A stretch of DNA of 64,000 bases from Octopus bimaculoides (GCF_001194135.2 NC_068986.1:84714089-84778088); one strand, 5' to 3'. Counted from the stretch's first letter, positions 53,521 to 63,827 are shown. Numbers and translations: made by a program. Notes: a model not told the origin generated them from the sequence alone.

Positions 53521-56278
53521 TGTGATTATTAGAGATCAGGCCCAGAATAACACTTACACCAACTGTAAGTCTTATTACGTAACTGACCTTCGCTAATATG
53601 CGACGCACACATGCACTCATTATTTCTATCTTTGTATCGTCTATAGAATGAAGATAATAGCGTTTGACATACGATTTCATTGCAATTATAGAATGGCTGT
53701 AGCACGCATACGCAGCAAATGAACACGGCCGAAAAGACATTCATTATAGCGACTGATGAAACCTGGGGCTAATACTACACTGAGTGCATTGCACAGAGTG
53801 TAGTTTATGATTGGCTCTTGTCTGGATTATACTGTTTCAGAGGGTATAAATTGTGATGGTAGCGCACTAAGCTTTTGCAATTTATGTGAGCTGGAGTTAA
53901 AATCTGGATATACTTTAACCTTTTCCCTTCCACTGATATCTTTAATAAGATAATCGATATTATTTTATATGTCGACTGAATTTAAGTAATTTCCCCATAA
54001 ATTTCGTTAAGTTAGTATATATGAGCATGTCTAGATATGCAACTATATGCATGAGAATACATACATAAAACATACAAATCTGCGCATACACGTTGTGTGG
54101 ACGCCCCCAGATGATAAGTAGGCCCGTCCAATACATATAAATAGTGGACGGGATAGGTAGTCGGAGAAGCGTCGCGTAGAGCGAGCCGGAGGCGTCGGTA
54201 GACAAGACATCGAGTTCTGTTGAGTCGAGCCGTCGGAAGTGAGAGTTCGGTAGTTGAGTAGAGGTAAATTATTGGCGAAGCCACGCCATCCGAACGTGTG
54301 ATGTAACACATACATACATACATACATACATACATACATGCATGCATGCATNNNNNNNNNNNNNNNNNNNNNNNNNNNNNNNNNNNNNNNNNNNNNNNNN
54401 NNNNNNNNNNNNNNNNNNNNNNNNNNNNNNNNNNNNNNNNNNNNNNNNNNNNNNNNNNNNNNNNNNNNNNNNNNNNNNNNNNNNNNNNNNNNNNNNNNNN
54501 NNNNNNNNNNNNNNNNNNNNNNNNNNNNNNNNNNNNNNNNNNNNNNNNNNNNNNNNNNNNNNNNNNNNNNNNNNNNNNNNNNNNNNNNNNNNNNNNNNNN
54601 NNNNNNNNNNNNNNNNNNNNNNNNNNNNNNNNNNNNNNNNNNNNNNNNNNNNNNNNNNNNNNNNNNNNNNNNNNNNNNNNNNNNNNNNNNNNNNNNNNNN
54701 NNNNNNNNNNNNNNNNNNNNNNNNNNNNNNNNNNNNNNNNNNNNNNNNNNNNNNNNNNNNNNNNNNNNNNNNNNNNNNNNNNNNNNNNNNNNNNNNNNNN
54801 NNNNNNNNNNNNNNNNNNNNNNNNNNNNNNNNNNNNNNNNNNNNNNNNNNNNNNNNNNNNNNNNNNNNNNNNNNNNNNNNNNNNNNNNNNNNNNNNNNNN
54901 NNNNNNNNNNNNNNNNAAGGTGGCGAGTATTTTAATGTCAGTAAAAACGGATCCAATATTACATTATCAATATATTTGATGCATTCAAAGGAAGTTAATA
55001 TCAGGTGAGTTAAAGATGAATTTTTAACCATGTTATTTTATTGTATCATTGACGCACATTGATGAAATTTTGCAGAGCTCTTAAATTCACAGAATACTGT
55101 TGTTCTCATACAATTAAAATTCAGTGCTGCAGTTCGATTTGAAGTGACAGAAGACTTCAAATCGAATTGACTTGAGATTTGAAATTTCTGGAGAACGTAA
55201 CCCTGAAACTTTTTGTTGTTTGTTTGGTAGAGCAATTTACATTTTGTATAGAAAAAGGTCCCTCATCGAAAAGCCAGTCCTATTTTTACAGTTAAACAGT
55301 ATCTACAATGACTTTTATTGCAACTGAAATACTCGTGGAACTTAAAGCTTTCAAAACTTAAGAGTTTAACATATGTTAAAATAAAGTCACCTAATATAGT
55401 TTAAACAGCAATAAAATAAAATCAGTTTAGTCTAACCATTGCTATCATTAAACCTATCAATTTTTTCCTGTGATAAAATTATATCGTTTGATTAACCGGT
55501 AATAAAATCAAATCAATTGAATTTAACGAATGCTAAAATCAAATAACTTAAGAGATAAAAATTAACTTAAGTCTAATCAGTAGTAAGATTAATTTGCTTC
55601 ATTTTAACGAATGATGAATTTGCTTGAAGTTTAATCAGCGATAAATTTTAAATACTCCAGAAACACATGCATAAATTTGCAGTACATACATACATACATA
55701 CATATATACATACATACATATATACATACATACTCATCCAAATTACAAGTTCAGGTTTATATCTGTAATTATTGGAACCCTGGAATATGTGACACACTGC
55801 CTAAATACTAATCTTGAGAAATTAGGCTTTTCAAAACCAGAAAGGAGAAGTTTAATTCGGAGTCTACAGATCCAAGTCATCACTGGAACTTTAAAAGTCT
55901 GTAAAACTTTCCAGAAGTTTATCATTTAGATATATATGAGCATGTCTAGATATGCAACTATATGCATGAGAATACATACATAAAACATACAAATCTGCGC
56001 ATACATGTTGTGTGGACGCCCCCAGATGATAAGTAGGCCCGTCCAATACATNNNNNNNNNNNNNNNNNNNNNNNNNNNNNNNNNNNNNNNNNNNNNNNNN
56101 NNNNNNNNNNNNNNNNNNNNNNNNNNNNNNNNNNNNNNNNNNNNNNNNNNNNNNNNNNNNNNNNNNNNNNNNNNNNNNNNNNNNNNNNNNNNNNNNNNNN
56201 NNNNNNNNNNNNNNNNNNNNNNNNNNNNNNNNNNNACATACATACATACATACATACATACATACATACATACATGCA

Positions 56279-56311
<33 letters not shown>

Positions 56312-56437
56312 GCAAACAAAAATTCCTTGTTGTTGATGTTGAAATTCCAATGAAGCAACCTTGGATCTAGGTTAGAAACCGGTTCTTTCTCTATTGGCAA
56401 AAAATCTTGAAATAAACTGAATAATGACATACATACA

Positions 56438-56473
<36 letters not shown>

Positions 56474-59400
56474 TATAGCAGTGGGCCACCGAAATATTTC
56501 ATCTTGTTACCGCTTTGATATATACAGATACACTGCCACAAAACTGACTAAGATTTAAAAGTTGACTTATATTGTTGGAATCTGTGTTTGACCTTCGTAG
56601 AATAGCTTTTGTTTATTTACAATACTGTTTGAACGGAAACGGCTTGAAATTATTTGTCAACTTTGCAGATAGTGGATTTTGTAAGAATTTTTTCTAACCA
56701 TTTGCAGAAATTTGCAAGTAGTTGCGTGTTATATTATGTTTTCATTATGAACAAGGATATGGTTATATAAAATATTTCTGATAACTTCAAAGATCCATTA
56801 TCTTTGTCATCGATCTCAAAAATCCATCCTTATTCGTAAACTGATTGCGTTGCTACTTAATCAAAGTTTCATGATGTTAAACGAATATCACTTTAATGTT
56901 TGGAATCAGAATCTCTGATTATGGTTCCTGGTAATCCTAGCTAATAAATTGATAAAACGCTGCATTTCTCTTCAAGATCACAAAATATTTAAGCTCTTAC
57001 CAACATTTGAAAACCTATGGTCATCGGCGTATTGTTTCCTCTTTCTACCTATTTAATCGCTACTAGGACATAGTTGGACTTATGTTGGACTAGGAAATGG
57101 ACTTATAATTTCCAAATGTATTCATGAACATACATTTTCTGGAAACCAGAAGATACGGTTATGACAGGAATAAATTCGATCACAGGACTGCTCAGAGTAG
57201 ACTTATTACGAAATAGAAACGCCATCGTTGTAATCATCCACATCACTATCATCATCGACAGCAACAACAACAGCATAAACAACAACAACAATAATAAGTT
57301 TTCAAGTTAAGTGTTGAAATGACATAACAGAATTCTTAAAAATACGTTGTATGTTAAATCAATGTACGTACTGATATTGGTATTCATCTGTTACAGCATT
57401 GTTGCTAATGATGTCAAAAATGCTTCCTCTGCCGAATTCATTATGAATATTACGCTATGCAGTGGATGTTCTGATCACGGAAACTGCGCAGAAGATAACC
57501 CAAAAATCAGAACAGAAAACTTTATTCTGCAGTCATGTGACTGCAAAGAAGAATATGATGGTGAGAATTATAAATTGTGTGCATAAATTCATATGAACAT
57601 TTTATTTATAATAATATAATGTATATTGTGAAAAAAACAAAACAAAAAAACAGCTGCTGACTAAATGTATGTGCTTAGCCAAACCCAATCTATATGAGAA
57701 TTTAGACAAATGAAATGTAGTGGCAATTTAAAGCAGTAAAGATTTTGGCGGTCTCTAGCATGTGAACCTCCGATGCACATTGTTCATGTCTCAACAAAAT
57801 ACATGTCTCTACTCATAGATTAGTAGGTTTCTATGGCGAGAAAGTATTTCAGTGAATGCTGCAATGTCCTATTCTGATGGAATATGTAATAACCTGAAGA
57901 AATGGTCCAACCTAACTACATTTTATGTATTTGTTGCCATTTATTATTATTATTGTCATTGACCCATTGCAAATCATAAAGCAGGTTTTATGATTTGCAC
58001 TTTCATAAACACAATGTTATTTTGTGTAAAGTTATTGTAGTTAGATTTGCTGTTGCTGTGATGTATTAGATCATCTTTGAATGTGTAGGCATATCATCAA
58101 AGAGATTTTCTCACTGATTATTCCCCCTATTTAGGGAAACACAGGACTACATTGTCAAACACGTAATTTTCGTTTTAATATGCTATGTGATGGGTATTTG
58201 GCCACTGCTTTAAACAGGTCAAATGACCATGTAATGCAAGTTTCACCTCTGTATAATTATATGCCTGTGTGCACGTGGCTACTACTCCTGATACAGAAAA
58301 GAGCTACCAGACTGATTGATAAAAAGACATCCACAAATACGGCCCAAATGTTGGCCCAGAGATGTATCATTGTCTTTTCTTTCGATTTTTACGAAGGTTA
58401 CTGTAATAGTTTACACTTTTTGAAGATATCTGGGTTTTGAAGTTAGCTGGGTTCTCATCTAACTCATCACTCATTCTATCATCACTTTTGTTGTGTTTAC
58501 AATCCAGCACGTTATTTCATTATGAACACTATATCAAAGCAATATTACACTTTTGTTTAATAAATAAATCAACTTCAGTAAAGCATTGGATTGAAAACCA
58601 GTCCGAAATTATTATAAATTCTCTAAAAATTGTCGTTCTAATAATAAAATTACGTTTTAATCAACAGGTGATAACTGTGAAAAAGACCTTGATGGATGCA
58701 GCGGTGATCCTTGCCCTGGAATAGGAAACTGTACAGAGTTAGATGCAGAAGAACACAGAGCCCAAAATACATCTTTCCGGTGTGATTGTCCACTGGGTTA
58801 CGTATTAAACAACGCAACATTCCGTTGTCTAGGTAACATATGTCTACTCACAGTATTCTAATCCTAACGCCGAACAGCATTCAGTTCACTTCATCTTAAT
58901 ATATCTTTTATTTACTGCAAAGAGGAGTTTCTTTCGGATTTAAAGAACAGTATCTGCAAGTGCTTAAACAGTAATTAATAAACTAAGCATAAACTGTAAT
59001 TAATAATTAATAAACAAAATTTATGATAACTGACAAATTTATTGTACTAACTCAGTTACAATACCTATACATTTATAATGCAGTAAAGTAGAAATATGGA
59101 TACATTAGAAATATAATTTTTAGCATTTTTTTTTCTCTTACATTTATAAGTTTAAATAGCATTAAGCTCAAATATTATTTTCTGCATTAGGGAGTCAGTC
59201 AAATAATTAACAGGCATAGGTCGAGGTTGTCATCTAATCTATTAGAAACCCCGTATACTAATATACAATACCATCGAATATTACGAGCTGCGATAGGATT
59301 GTGTGGTTAAAAAATTAACTTTTATCCCAGCTAAACGATCGAAGAATACACATAATTACTTACAACCATATTCATTATGAGAGTTTATGTACACACTCAG

Positions 59401-62400
59401 ACACATGCATATACGCACGCACACGCACACATACATAATCATACACCCATACATACACACACACACACACATATCTTGGTACTTTGCATATGACAAGTGT
59501 CTATTTGTCTGCTTACAAAAGCTACTAGTTCTGGCTACCGTGTATTATTTCAGACCTGTAGAGTTAACAATATGGGATATTCATGTATGCAGTACTTAGT
59601 GTAGCGTAGGGTGAATATATTAATAATAAGAAATACTTCACGAATGGAGATTTTACACTATTGAAATTCTATTACTATATGTTTTAACATGACATGCATT
59701 TTTATGAGATCACCATACTACATCCACAAGCTATTATTAAATATTTCTGGTTCTTTTCTCTTTGGCTACACTTTTTGAAATTTAAAAAAAAAAAAGTGAA
59801 AATTTTCAGATTTAGTGGCATTGATGTAATTTTTCACGCTGAATCTCAGGGTCCAATTAACTTGTTCCAGAAAAATGCTTAAAAATAGTTGCAGAGGTTT
59901 AAAGTTTGTTAATTTTTTTTCCCCGTCAGAAAACACGATATGGAAGCTGTCATTGTATGTATATCATTTTGTGCATAAGACGACGAAACAATAATGTCAA
60001 CATTGCGAATTTACTCTCCACTTGTTGCGTGTGGATACCATCTTTCGAGTTGATAAACCCAACGCTGTGGTTTACTGTTCTATGTTCAAAATTATAATCA
60101 GCAATTTCAGGATTGTGAAACAAATCACTGAACACTGGTTTTTGGAAGAATCTATTCTCATATGCTTTCCTCCAATGTATCAAACGAAAACACACTGTAA
60201 ATTATCAGTTTGTAAATACAACATAAGCTACACACTGGTAAGCAGCTCGATGACAACTTGGCTTATTACTATAGAAACAGGCAATAGTAATAAATATGCC
60301 TATGACTTTCGATTGGATAAAATTATCCAAAATTTGCAAACTTTAAAAGTTATCAACTATTTATATATTGATTTATGGTGACAATGAAAGGCATTTCAAC
60401 AATTAGCACACAAAAGTAGATCAATACATCAAATCTGAAATCAAATGGAGCAAACTTGAAGCAATTGAAAAGTGGCAGACAAACAGAAAAGAACCATAAT
60501 ATTTATAATATCCATGGAGCGTGCGGGAACCCATTAATTCAGCATGCATATTTCTTGAGGCAAATTCTGCATTATTTTTTTTTATCGGATTTCCTTGTCG
60601 TTTCGACTTCTACACTAATCAAAAATTCCGTTGGATTAATGGGCAGGGCTTATAAATTCTTGCAAACTGCGAGATAGATGAATGTATTGATACGGCAAGA
60701 ACTTGAGAGGGATAGTTTTGTTCGTTGTTTACATATCAATGCAGGTGGACATTTAAGGTGGGAAAGAGAAAGAAAAAGAAAAAAAGAAGAGGGAGGAGAT
60801 AAAATTGTGAGCTGTATTCAGTCAAGTATATGCTGTCAACTGTACGCAGACAGGAAGACAGGAAGAATGAAAAAAACATACAAGAACTTGGGAACACGGG
60901 GAAAACAGAAAAGGGAAAACATAGACTTTATTATGGATAAGAAATATTTAGCTGATAAGAGAATTATCACAAACCCATGATTCTCTAATGAATAGAAAAA
61001 TGCTATAAATAAAACGGTAAGTAAAACTTTGTTCTTATCATTAATAGTTTCATCTCAATACAACTCACAATTTTATCTCCTCCCATTTTAAGAATTACTT
61101 AAGAATTTTAATATGAGAAGATGAAATGAACAAGCTTGACGAACATTTATATTCAATGATAATTTTATTTTCTTCATTCGGTTAGATATAAATGAATGCG
61201 ATTCGAATTTAACCTGCGAACACAATTGTATAAATACCAAAGGCAGTTTCCAATGTTCGTGCCGGTCTGGTTATCAACTTGTTGATAATACACGATGTGA
61301 AAGTAGGTATCACTCCAATATTTGGTCTTATTGCAAGTGCATTTTCTTTTGTAAACATGTTCCTATATAAAGTTTTCATATATCTTAATGTAAATATATG
61401 CATATTCACTCACACGCACACAAACATACACACACACACACATACACACATATGTATATATGTATGTGTGTGTATAATGTAAATACATATATTAATGTAA
61501 ATATGTATATATATATATATGTATATATATATGTATATATATATATATATATATAGGAAAATGAAAAAAAGCCAGAATGCTGAACTGGAAGCATATTTTA
61601 ATAAAGATTTCTTCTAACCGGTTTTCATTGCGAAAACGCAAATTATCAAGAAGAAGGAGAATGAAAATGTTTTTTTTACAAAGAAGTACAAAATGAAGAA
61701 AATAATATATAAAACAATAATATATAAAAAAATATAATTTGCNNNNNNNNNNNNNNNNNNNNNNNNNNNNNNNNNNNNNNNNNNNNNNNNNNNNNNNNNN
61801 NNNNNNNNNNNNNNNNNNNNNNNNNNNNNNNNNNNNNNNNNNNNNNNNNNNNNNNNNNNNNNNNNNNNNNNNNNNNNNNNNNNNNNNNNNNNNNNNNNNN
61901 NNNNNNNNNNNNNNNNNNNNNNNNNNNNNNNNNNNNNNNNNNNNNNNNNNNNNNNNNNNNNNNNNNNNNNNNNNNNNNNNNNNNNNNNNNNNNNNNNNNN
62001 NNNNNNNNNNNNNNNNNNNNNNNNNNNNNNNNNNNNNNNNNNNNNNNNNNNNNNNNNNNNNNNNNNNNNNNNNNNNNNNNNNNNNNNNNNNNNNNNNNNN
62101 NNNNNNNNNNNNNNNNNNNNNNNNNNNNNNNNNNNNNNNNNNNNNNNNNNNNNNNNNNNNNNNNNNNNNNNNNNNNNNNNNNNNNNNNNNNNNNNNNNNN
62201 NNNNNNNNNNNNNNNNNNNNNNNNNNNNNNNNNNNNNNNNNNNNNNNNNNNNNNNNNNNNNNNNNNNNNNNNNNNNNNNNNNNNNNNNNNNNNNNNNNNN
62301 NNNNNNNNNNNNNNNNNNNNNNNNNNNNNNNNNNNNNNNNNNNNNNNNNNNNNNNNNNNNNNNNNNNNNNNNNNNNNNNNNNNNNNNNNNNNNNNNNNNN

Positions 62401-63827
62401 NNNNNNNNNNNNNNNNNNNNNNNNNNNNNNNNNNNNNNNNNNNNNNNNNNNNNNNNNNNNNNNNNNNNNNNNNNNNNNNNNNNNNNNNNGCTAACATTAG
62501 GAAAACTGGGATACATTATTTATTGATTGAAGTATTATTAAAGAGTTACTAAAAAAAAAAAACTATTAGAACATTTTGAAAACTGATATACTGTGGAGTC
62601 TGGTATAGCTTTAAGAGCTATTTACATAAATGAAGAACTAAAATTGTATGTATAACGCAGCAGTTGTTTTATGTAGACGATTCGCTACAGGGATCATCTA
62701 AAAAAGAAATAACATCAAAAGAGTTCTTTGACTGTATTATATTTTTTTAATAAAGATTTTTCGATAAAAATGCATCATTAATTCGGTATCACAGAGAATT
62801 TAAACAGTCAATATATGATTTTAAGTGATCCTTAAACGTTTAAATATGCTTATGAAAAGACAAACATCTGTTGAAATAATTGGCCCATTATTAATAGATC
62901 AGCAGTACATACAAGTTTTGATCGAAAAATTTTATGAATTTTGAGAAACCGTGAAATAGTACTTTTTATGGAATATCTCGAAGCACACATGAAACTTTAC
63001 ATAGTAGCATGTAAATAATAGTTTGGAAACCCCTTTTGGATAGAAACAGTCAAAAACCTATCATGCTTACAAATGTGTCCCACTAGCAGCCTTCGTCTTT
63101 TTCTATCCCAATAAGTTTCTTTTCATCCCAATATTTACATGCTATCATTTATAGCTTTATGTGTTTTCTTCGAGATTTTCCAGAAAAGCTTCAAAACATA
63201 TTGTGGATAATTCAGTCTAACGAAAAATATGGAAAGCATCAATGAGTCAACAGTTAACTGGCACTGTCAGTTACGAAGACAATTTTTCGAGCTGATCCGA
63301 ACAGTTCCTTTTTGGAAATGCGCAGACTGGAATAACGGATTTTGCTTAAGTACACAACGCGCCATCGAGAATGAAACTGATGACTTTGCGATCATGAAAC
63401 AAATAATCTAACTACTAAACCATGGGCTTTTCCTATGAGTCAAAAATATTATAATAAAGAATACAAAAGTTTCAAAATTCCCATTGAAATATAGCGCTTT
63501 AATAATTTATAAAATATGATTACAACAATCTTTGATCTAATTCCAGAGCTATGAGCGAGAATAAAGATTAAAAATATTATTCTTTCTACTCTCTGGATAT
63601 CAATCAAAAAGTTAATTATAAATGAATTTAAACCTCAACTAATAAAATTTGAAGTGAATAAATTTAATTTCAAGAGTTTGCCTCAATTTCAGATATCGAT
63701 GAATGCAAACTCAAAACTCATAATTGCAAACAATTATGTAATGATACAGATGGTAGTTACAACTGTGATTGCTACCAGGGATATTCATTACAAAACAATG
63801 GCAGCTGTACAATGAAAGTTGTTCCAG
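21048..63827 (+). CDS. MUC4-like protein (SP - acidic PTS repeats - NIDO - AMOP - vWD - EGF repeats); 17 coding exons visible, 3' end outside the window
   Basis: Exons: 21048-21093, 33110-34090, 34750-34923, 36189-36295, 39407-39712, 40349-40562, 43949-44151, 44655-44856, 47157-47411, 47862-48005, 50116-50319, 52299-52538, (gap)-55004, 57397-57560, 58668-58832, 61186-61302, 63693-63827. All visible boundaries are AG/GT and phases match at every junction checkable outside the gap. The domain order is that of MUC4-type proteins. Confidence 0.9.
22914..23375. repeat. Diverged tandem duplication of about 232 bp, each unit holding a minus-strand SINE-A 5' half
   Basis: AATAATAAAAGTTAA.CTTAA.CTAATTC..CAGCATA.TAAAAATAA.TTTATTAAATATTTAATT occurs at about 22914 and 23146, each followed by GACCTCGGTGGAATTTGAACTCAG. 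Confidence 0.8.
25150..25560 (+). mobile_element. Probable L1/Tx1-like LINE 3' fragment (C-terminal zinc-knuckle region)
   Basis: Translation CLRCTLIDETVLHALVQH...VFLCLVALAKEVVWWTRLKG resembles the CxxC..ET..H..C knuckle and tail of Tx1-like ORF2. Family assignment is inference. Confidence 0.5.
25885..26310 (+). mobile_element. Two SINE family A copies
   Basis: Core motifs at 25885-26070 and 26095-26310, preceded by a (CAT)n tract at 25788-25884. Confidence 0.8.
26320..29700 (-). mobile_element. Near-full-span decayed R4/Dong-clade LINE (RT plus restriction-like endonuclease) in intron 1, with internal deletions
   Basis: Minus-strand segments read NYRPITCLTTIYKM, W.D.KKAFDS, YKYL, SELNAANRINAI, YSFGIIKW, RIYLPRKIGGR, LKGETEGFVIAAQ, IDHVVSGCP..EYL.RHD, YNRPDIV..LLIDMSV (PD..D nuclease) and YKDLQIEITKMW. 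The 3' end abuts (TAA)n at 26308-26322. Confidence 0.9.
26851..26907 (+). mobile_element. 5'-truncated SINE family B tail nested in the R4/Dong element
   Basis: GCGGTGCT..A.CATGGCCGCAGTCAAATGACTGAAACAA.TAAAAGA interrupts the LINE reading between IHW and ACRYYK. Confidence 0.85.
29895..30228 (-). mobile_element. SINE family B (minus), 5' end lost in gap; a plus-strand 3' tail follows the gap at 31164-31250
   Basis: Reverse complement of the family B 3' region with an internal (CA)n tract. Confidence 0.8.
32765..32985 (-). mobile_element. SINE family A
   Basis: Core TTATCGACCCCGAA.GGATGA.AG.AAAGTC.ACCTCGG.GGAATTTGAACTC. Further copies at 31640-31760 (+), 38925-39055 (+), 42313-42480 (+) and 47570-47775 (+). 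Confidence 0.8.
33110..34090 (+). CDS. Exon: end of signal peptide plus acidic Thr/Ser-rich mucin tandem repeat (phase 1-1)
   Basis: Acceptor ttttgctag, donor GCAG|GTACGT. The frame is open on both sides of a 100-N gap. Confidence 0.9.
33247..34020 (+). repeat. Coding minisatellite, 78-bp (26-aa) unit TTEYSTDTISTDLTTEALSTDETTNP, at least 10 units including 17- and 22-aa variants
   Basis: Units start at 33247, 33325, 33376, 33442, 33520, 33598, 33649, 33727 and 33805; the array continues into gap 33882-33981. Confidence 0.95.
34750..34923 (+). CDS. Exon: second Thr-rich, neutral/basic stalk ending KYCPPS (phase 1-1)
   Basis: Acceptor ttgttttag, donor TCAG|GTAAGG. Reads GTNATLSTSSATPTKTT...TTPPPPTTTTAKYCPPS. 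Confidence 0.9.
35248..35338. repeat. Short tandem repeat TTGACTCTGTCAG(TTA), about 6 copies
   Basis: Seen directly; unit lengths about 12-16 bp. Confidence 0.9.
36189..36295 (+). CDS. Exon: lead-in to NIDO domain (phase 1-0)
   Basis: Acceptor ttttacag, donor CGT|GTATGT. Reads ELLDHSNTRYLYNSWSPYICPRIDINIGQRALNCFR. Absent from the ORF track. Confidence 0.8.
36880..37720 (+). mobile_element. RTE-clade LINE, 5'-truncated 3' fragment
   Basis: Reads EIVDSFRYLG, AARIRI, KGRLYDACV-like, LYGREIW, GHVMHM, GTCGRGRPRKMWDEVV and DRDLWRFAV, followed by a 3' UTR. Confidence 0.8.
37905..38585 (+). mobile_element. SINE family B pieces (5' 37905-38045; 3' 38200-38325; 5' 38455-38585)
   Basis: Same head, CORE-like and tail motifs as the 18217 copy. 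Confidence 0.7.
39407..39712 (+). CDS. Exon: NIDO domain (phase 0-0)
   Basis: IIAPYWADL and VWALLVTWENI are NIDO hallmarks. Acceptor tttgtcag, donor AGG|GTAAGT. Confidence 0.95.
40349..40562 (+). CDS. Exon: NIDO domain C-terminal part (phase 0-1)
   Basis: Reads TFQMLLVTDGYSTYLLYFY...ALMGFNLG...NIDIKEGNTG. Acceptor ccttag, donor ACAG|GTGAGA. Confidence 0.95.
40694..41889. mobile_element. RTE-clade LINE insertion with inverted 5' segment: 3' piece on minus (40694-~41335) and 5'UTR/APE piece on plus (~41335-41889), 13-bp TSD
   Basis: Minus reads VENVGEFVYLGSKIS, STRTKICLFSSNVK and TRHALDWNPQGKIKRGRP, with a (GAA)n tail. Plus reads GTWNVRTLRETG...GVALLLSKEAAKSL. AAAAGTGTCAGTT occurs at 40681-40693 and 41890-41902. 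Confidence 0.85.
43949..44151 (+). CDS. Exon: NIDO end / AMOP N-terminal half (phase 1-0)
   Basis: GVWLFDL, CLKWYGED and CPCSFWQARTDFRF match the AMOP pattern CPC..QA..D.RF. Donor ATG|GTGAGT. Confidence 0.95.
44655..44856 (+). CDS. Exon: AMOP C-terminal half (phase 0-1)
   Basis: Acceptor cttttaag. Reads KCCYSRRLRSWLSYGVHQRHNYFFDYRRWLQYDDKPFNDCCMQNNMCYLYRWRRPRNYCWGYRSPFR. Donor AGAG|GTAAGT. The frame differs from the ORF-track call. Confidence 0.92.
45500..46100 (+). mobile_element. Possible highly degraded RTE-like LINE 3' remnant
   Basis: A frameshifted MKFLRRI-like motif at about 45694 and RPRKR-like sequence at about 46030. Weak. Confidence 0.3.
47157..47411 (+). CDS. Exon: vWD domain start with GDPH (phase 1-1)
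   Basis: Reads AWLFGDPHIQTLDGLKYSFNGLGEYSLL...LEIQARTAQA...IFSAFAMK. Donor AAGA|GTAAGT. Confidence 0.97.
47862..48005 (+). CDS. Exon: vWD domain middle (phase 1-1)
   Basis: Acceptor ctgtttcag. Reads TLVIYHNGIDKTSDFQKDSD...SVSLTFTSG. Donor TCTG|GTAAGC; 144 nt. Confidence 0.9.
50116..50319 (+). CDS. Exon: vWD domain C-terminus (phase 1-1)
   Basis: Reads VSLPEDYKN..TSGLMGVYNDDKTDDLTTPSG...IFYNFGQL(W), matching the vWD motif GL.G..N....DD. Donor CTTT|GTAAGT. Confidence 0.95.
51009..51380 (+). mobile_element. tRNA-derived SINE family C
   Basis: Reverse-complement homologue of 2563-2950. Confidence 0.85.
52299..52538 (+). CDS. Exon: post-vWD Cys segment (phase 1-1)
   Basis: Reads WAINTSLFKY...FVPLF...ICKADDNACIYDYIATGDESIAKAT, a C....C.YD..ATG motif typical after vWD in MUC4/SUSD2-like proteins. 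Donor GCAA|GTAAGC. Confidence 0.93.
54015..54308 (+). repeat. LTR-like element of about 290 bp; second direct copy at 55931-(gap)
   Basis: About 120 bp near-identical between 54015-54135 and 55931-56051. Contains CCAAT..TATAAATA and ends ...TGTAACA; both copies are followed by (TACA)n. Confidence 0.5.
54917..55004 (+). CDS. Exon, 3' part only (5' end in or at gap 54352-54916): linker / Ig-cadherin-like segment, ends phase 2
   Basis: Reads GEYFNVSKNGSNITLSIYLMHSKEVNI, then AG|GTGAGT. Its phase-2 donor matches the phase-2 acceptor at 57397. Confidence 0.7.
57397..57560 (+). CDS. Exon: linker end plus EGF-like domain (phase 2-1)
   Basis: Reads (S)IVANDVKNASSAEFIMNITLCSGCSDHGNC...SCDCKEEYDG. 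Donor GATG|GTGAGA. Confidence 0.92.
58668..58832 (+). CDS. Exon: EGF-like domain (phase 1-1)
   Basis: Reads GDNCEKDLDGCSGDPCPGIGNCTELDAEEHRAQNTSFRCDCPLGYVLNNATFRCL. Acceptor caacag, donor CTAG|GTAACA. Absent from the ORF track. Confidence 0.95.
61186..61302 (+). CDS. Exon: calcium-binding EGF domain (phase 1-1)
   Basis: Reads DINECDSNLTCEHNCINTKGSFQCSCRSGYQLVDNTRCE. Donor GAAA|GTAGGT. Confidence 0.96.
63693..63827 (+). CDS. Exon: calcium-binding EGF domain (phase 1-1); gene continues beyond the window
   Basis: Reads NIDECKLKTHNCKQLCNDTDGSYNCDCYQGYSLQNNGSCTMKVVP. Donor CCAG|GTAAGA; no stop codon is reached. Confidence 0.96.

Noticed and set aside
57151-57230. Candidate exon ...GINSITGLLRVD...
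   Set aside because: No phase-2 donor compatible with 57397 was found; the 55004 donor fits.
58135-58170. Candidate EGF-like exon GNTGLHCQ
   Set aside because: The phase-0 frame is incompatible with the phase-1 donor at 57560, and 58668 completes the EGF correctly.
58230-58440. CR1/L2-like LINE tail (IQKRATRLI...), with similar hints at 8930-9130 and 42560-42760
   Set aside because: Plausible but too short and degraded to call by eye.
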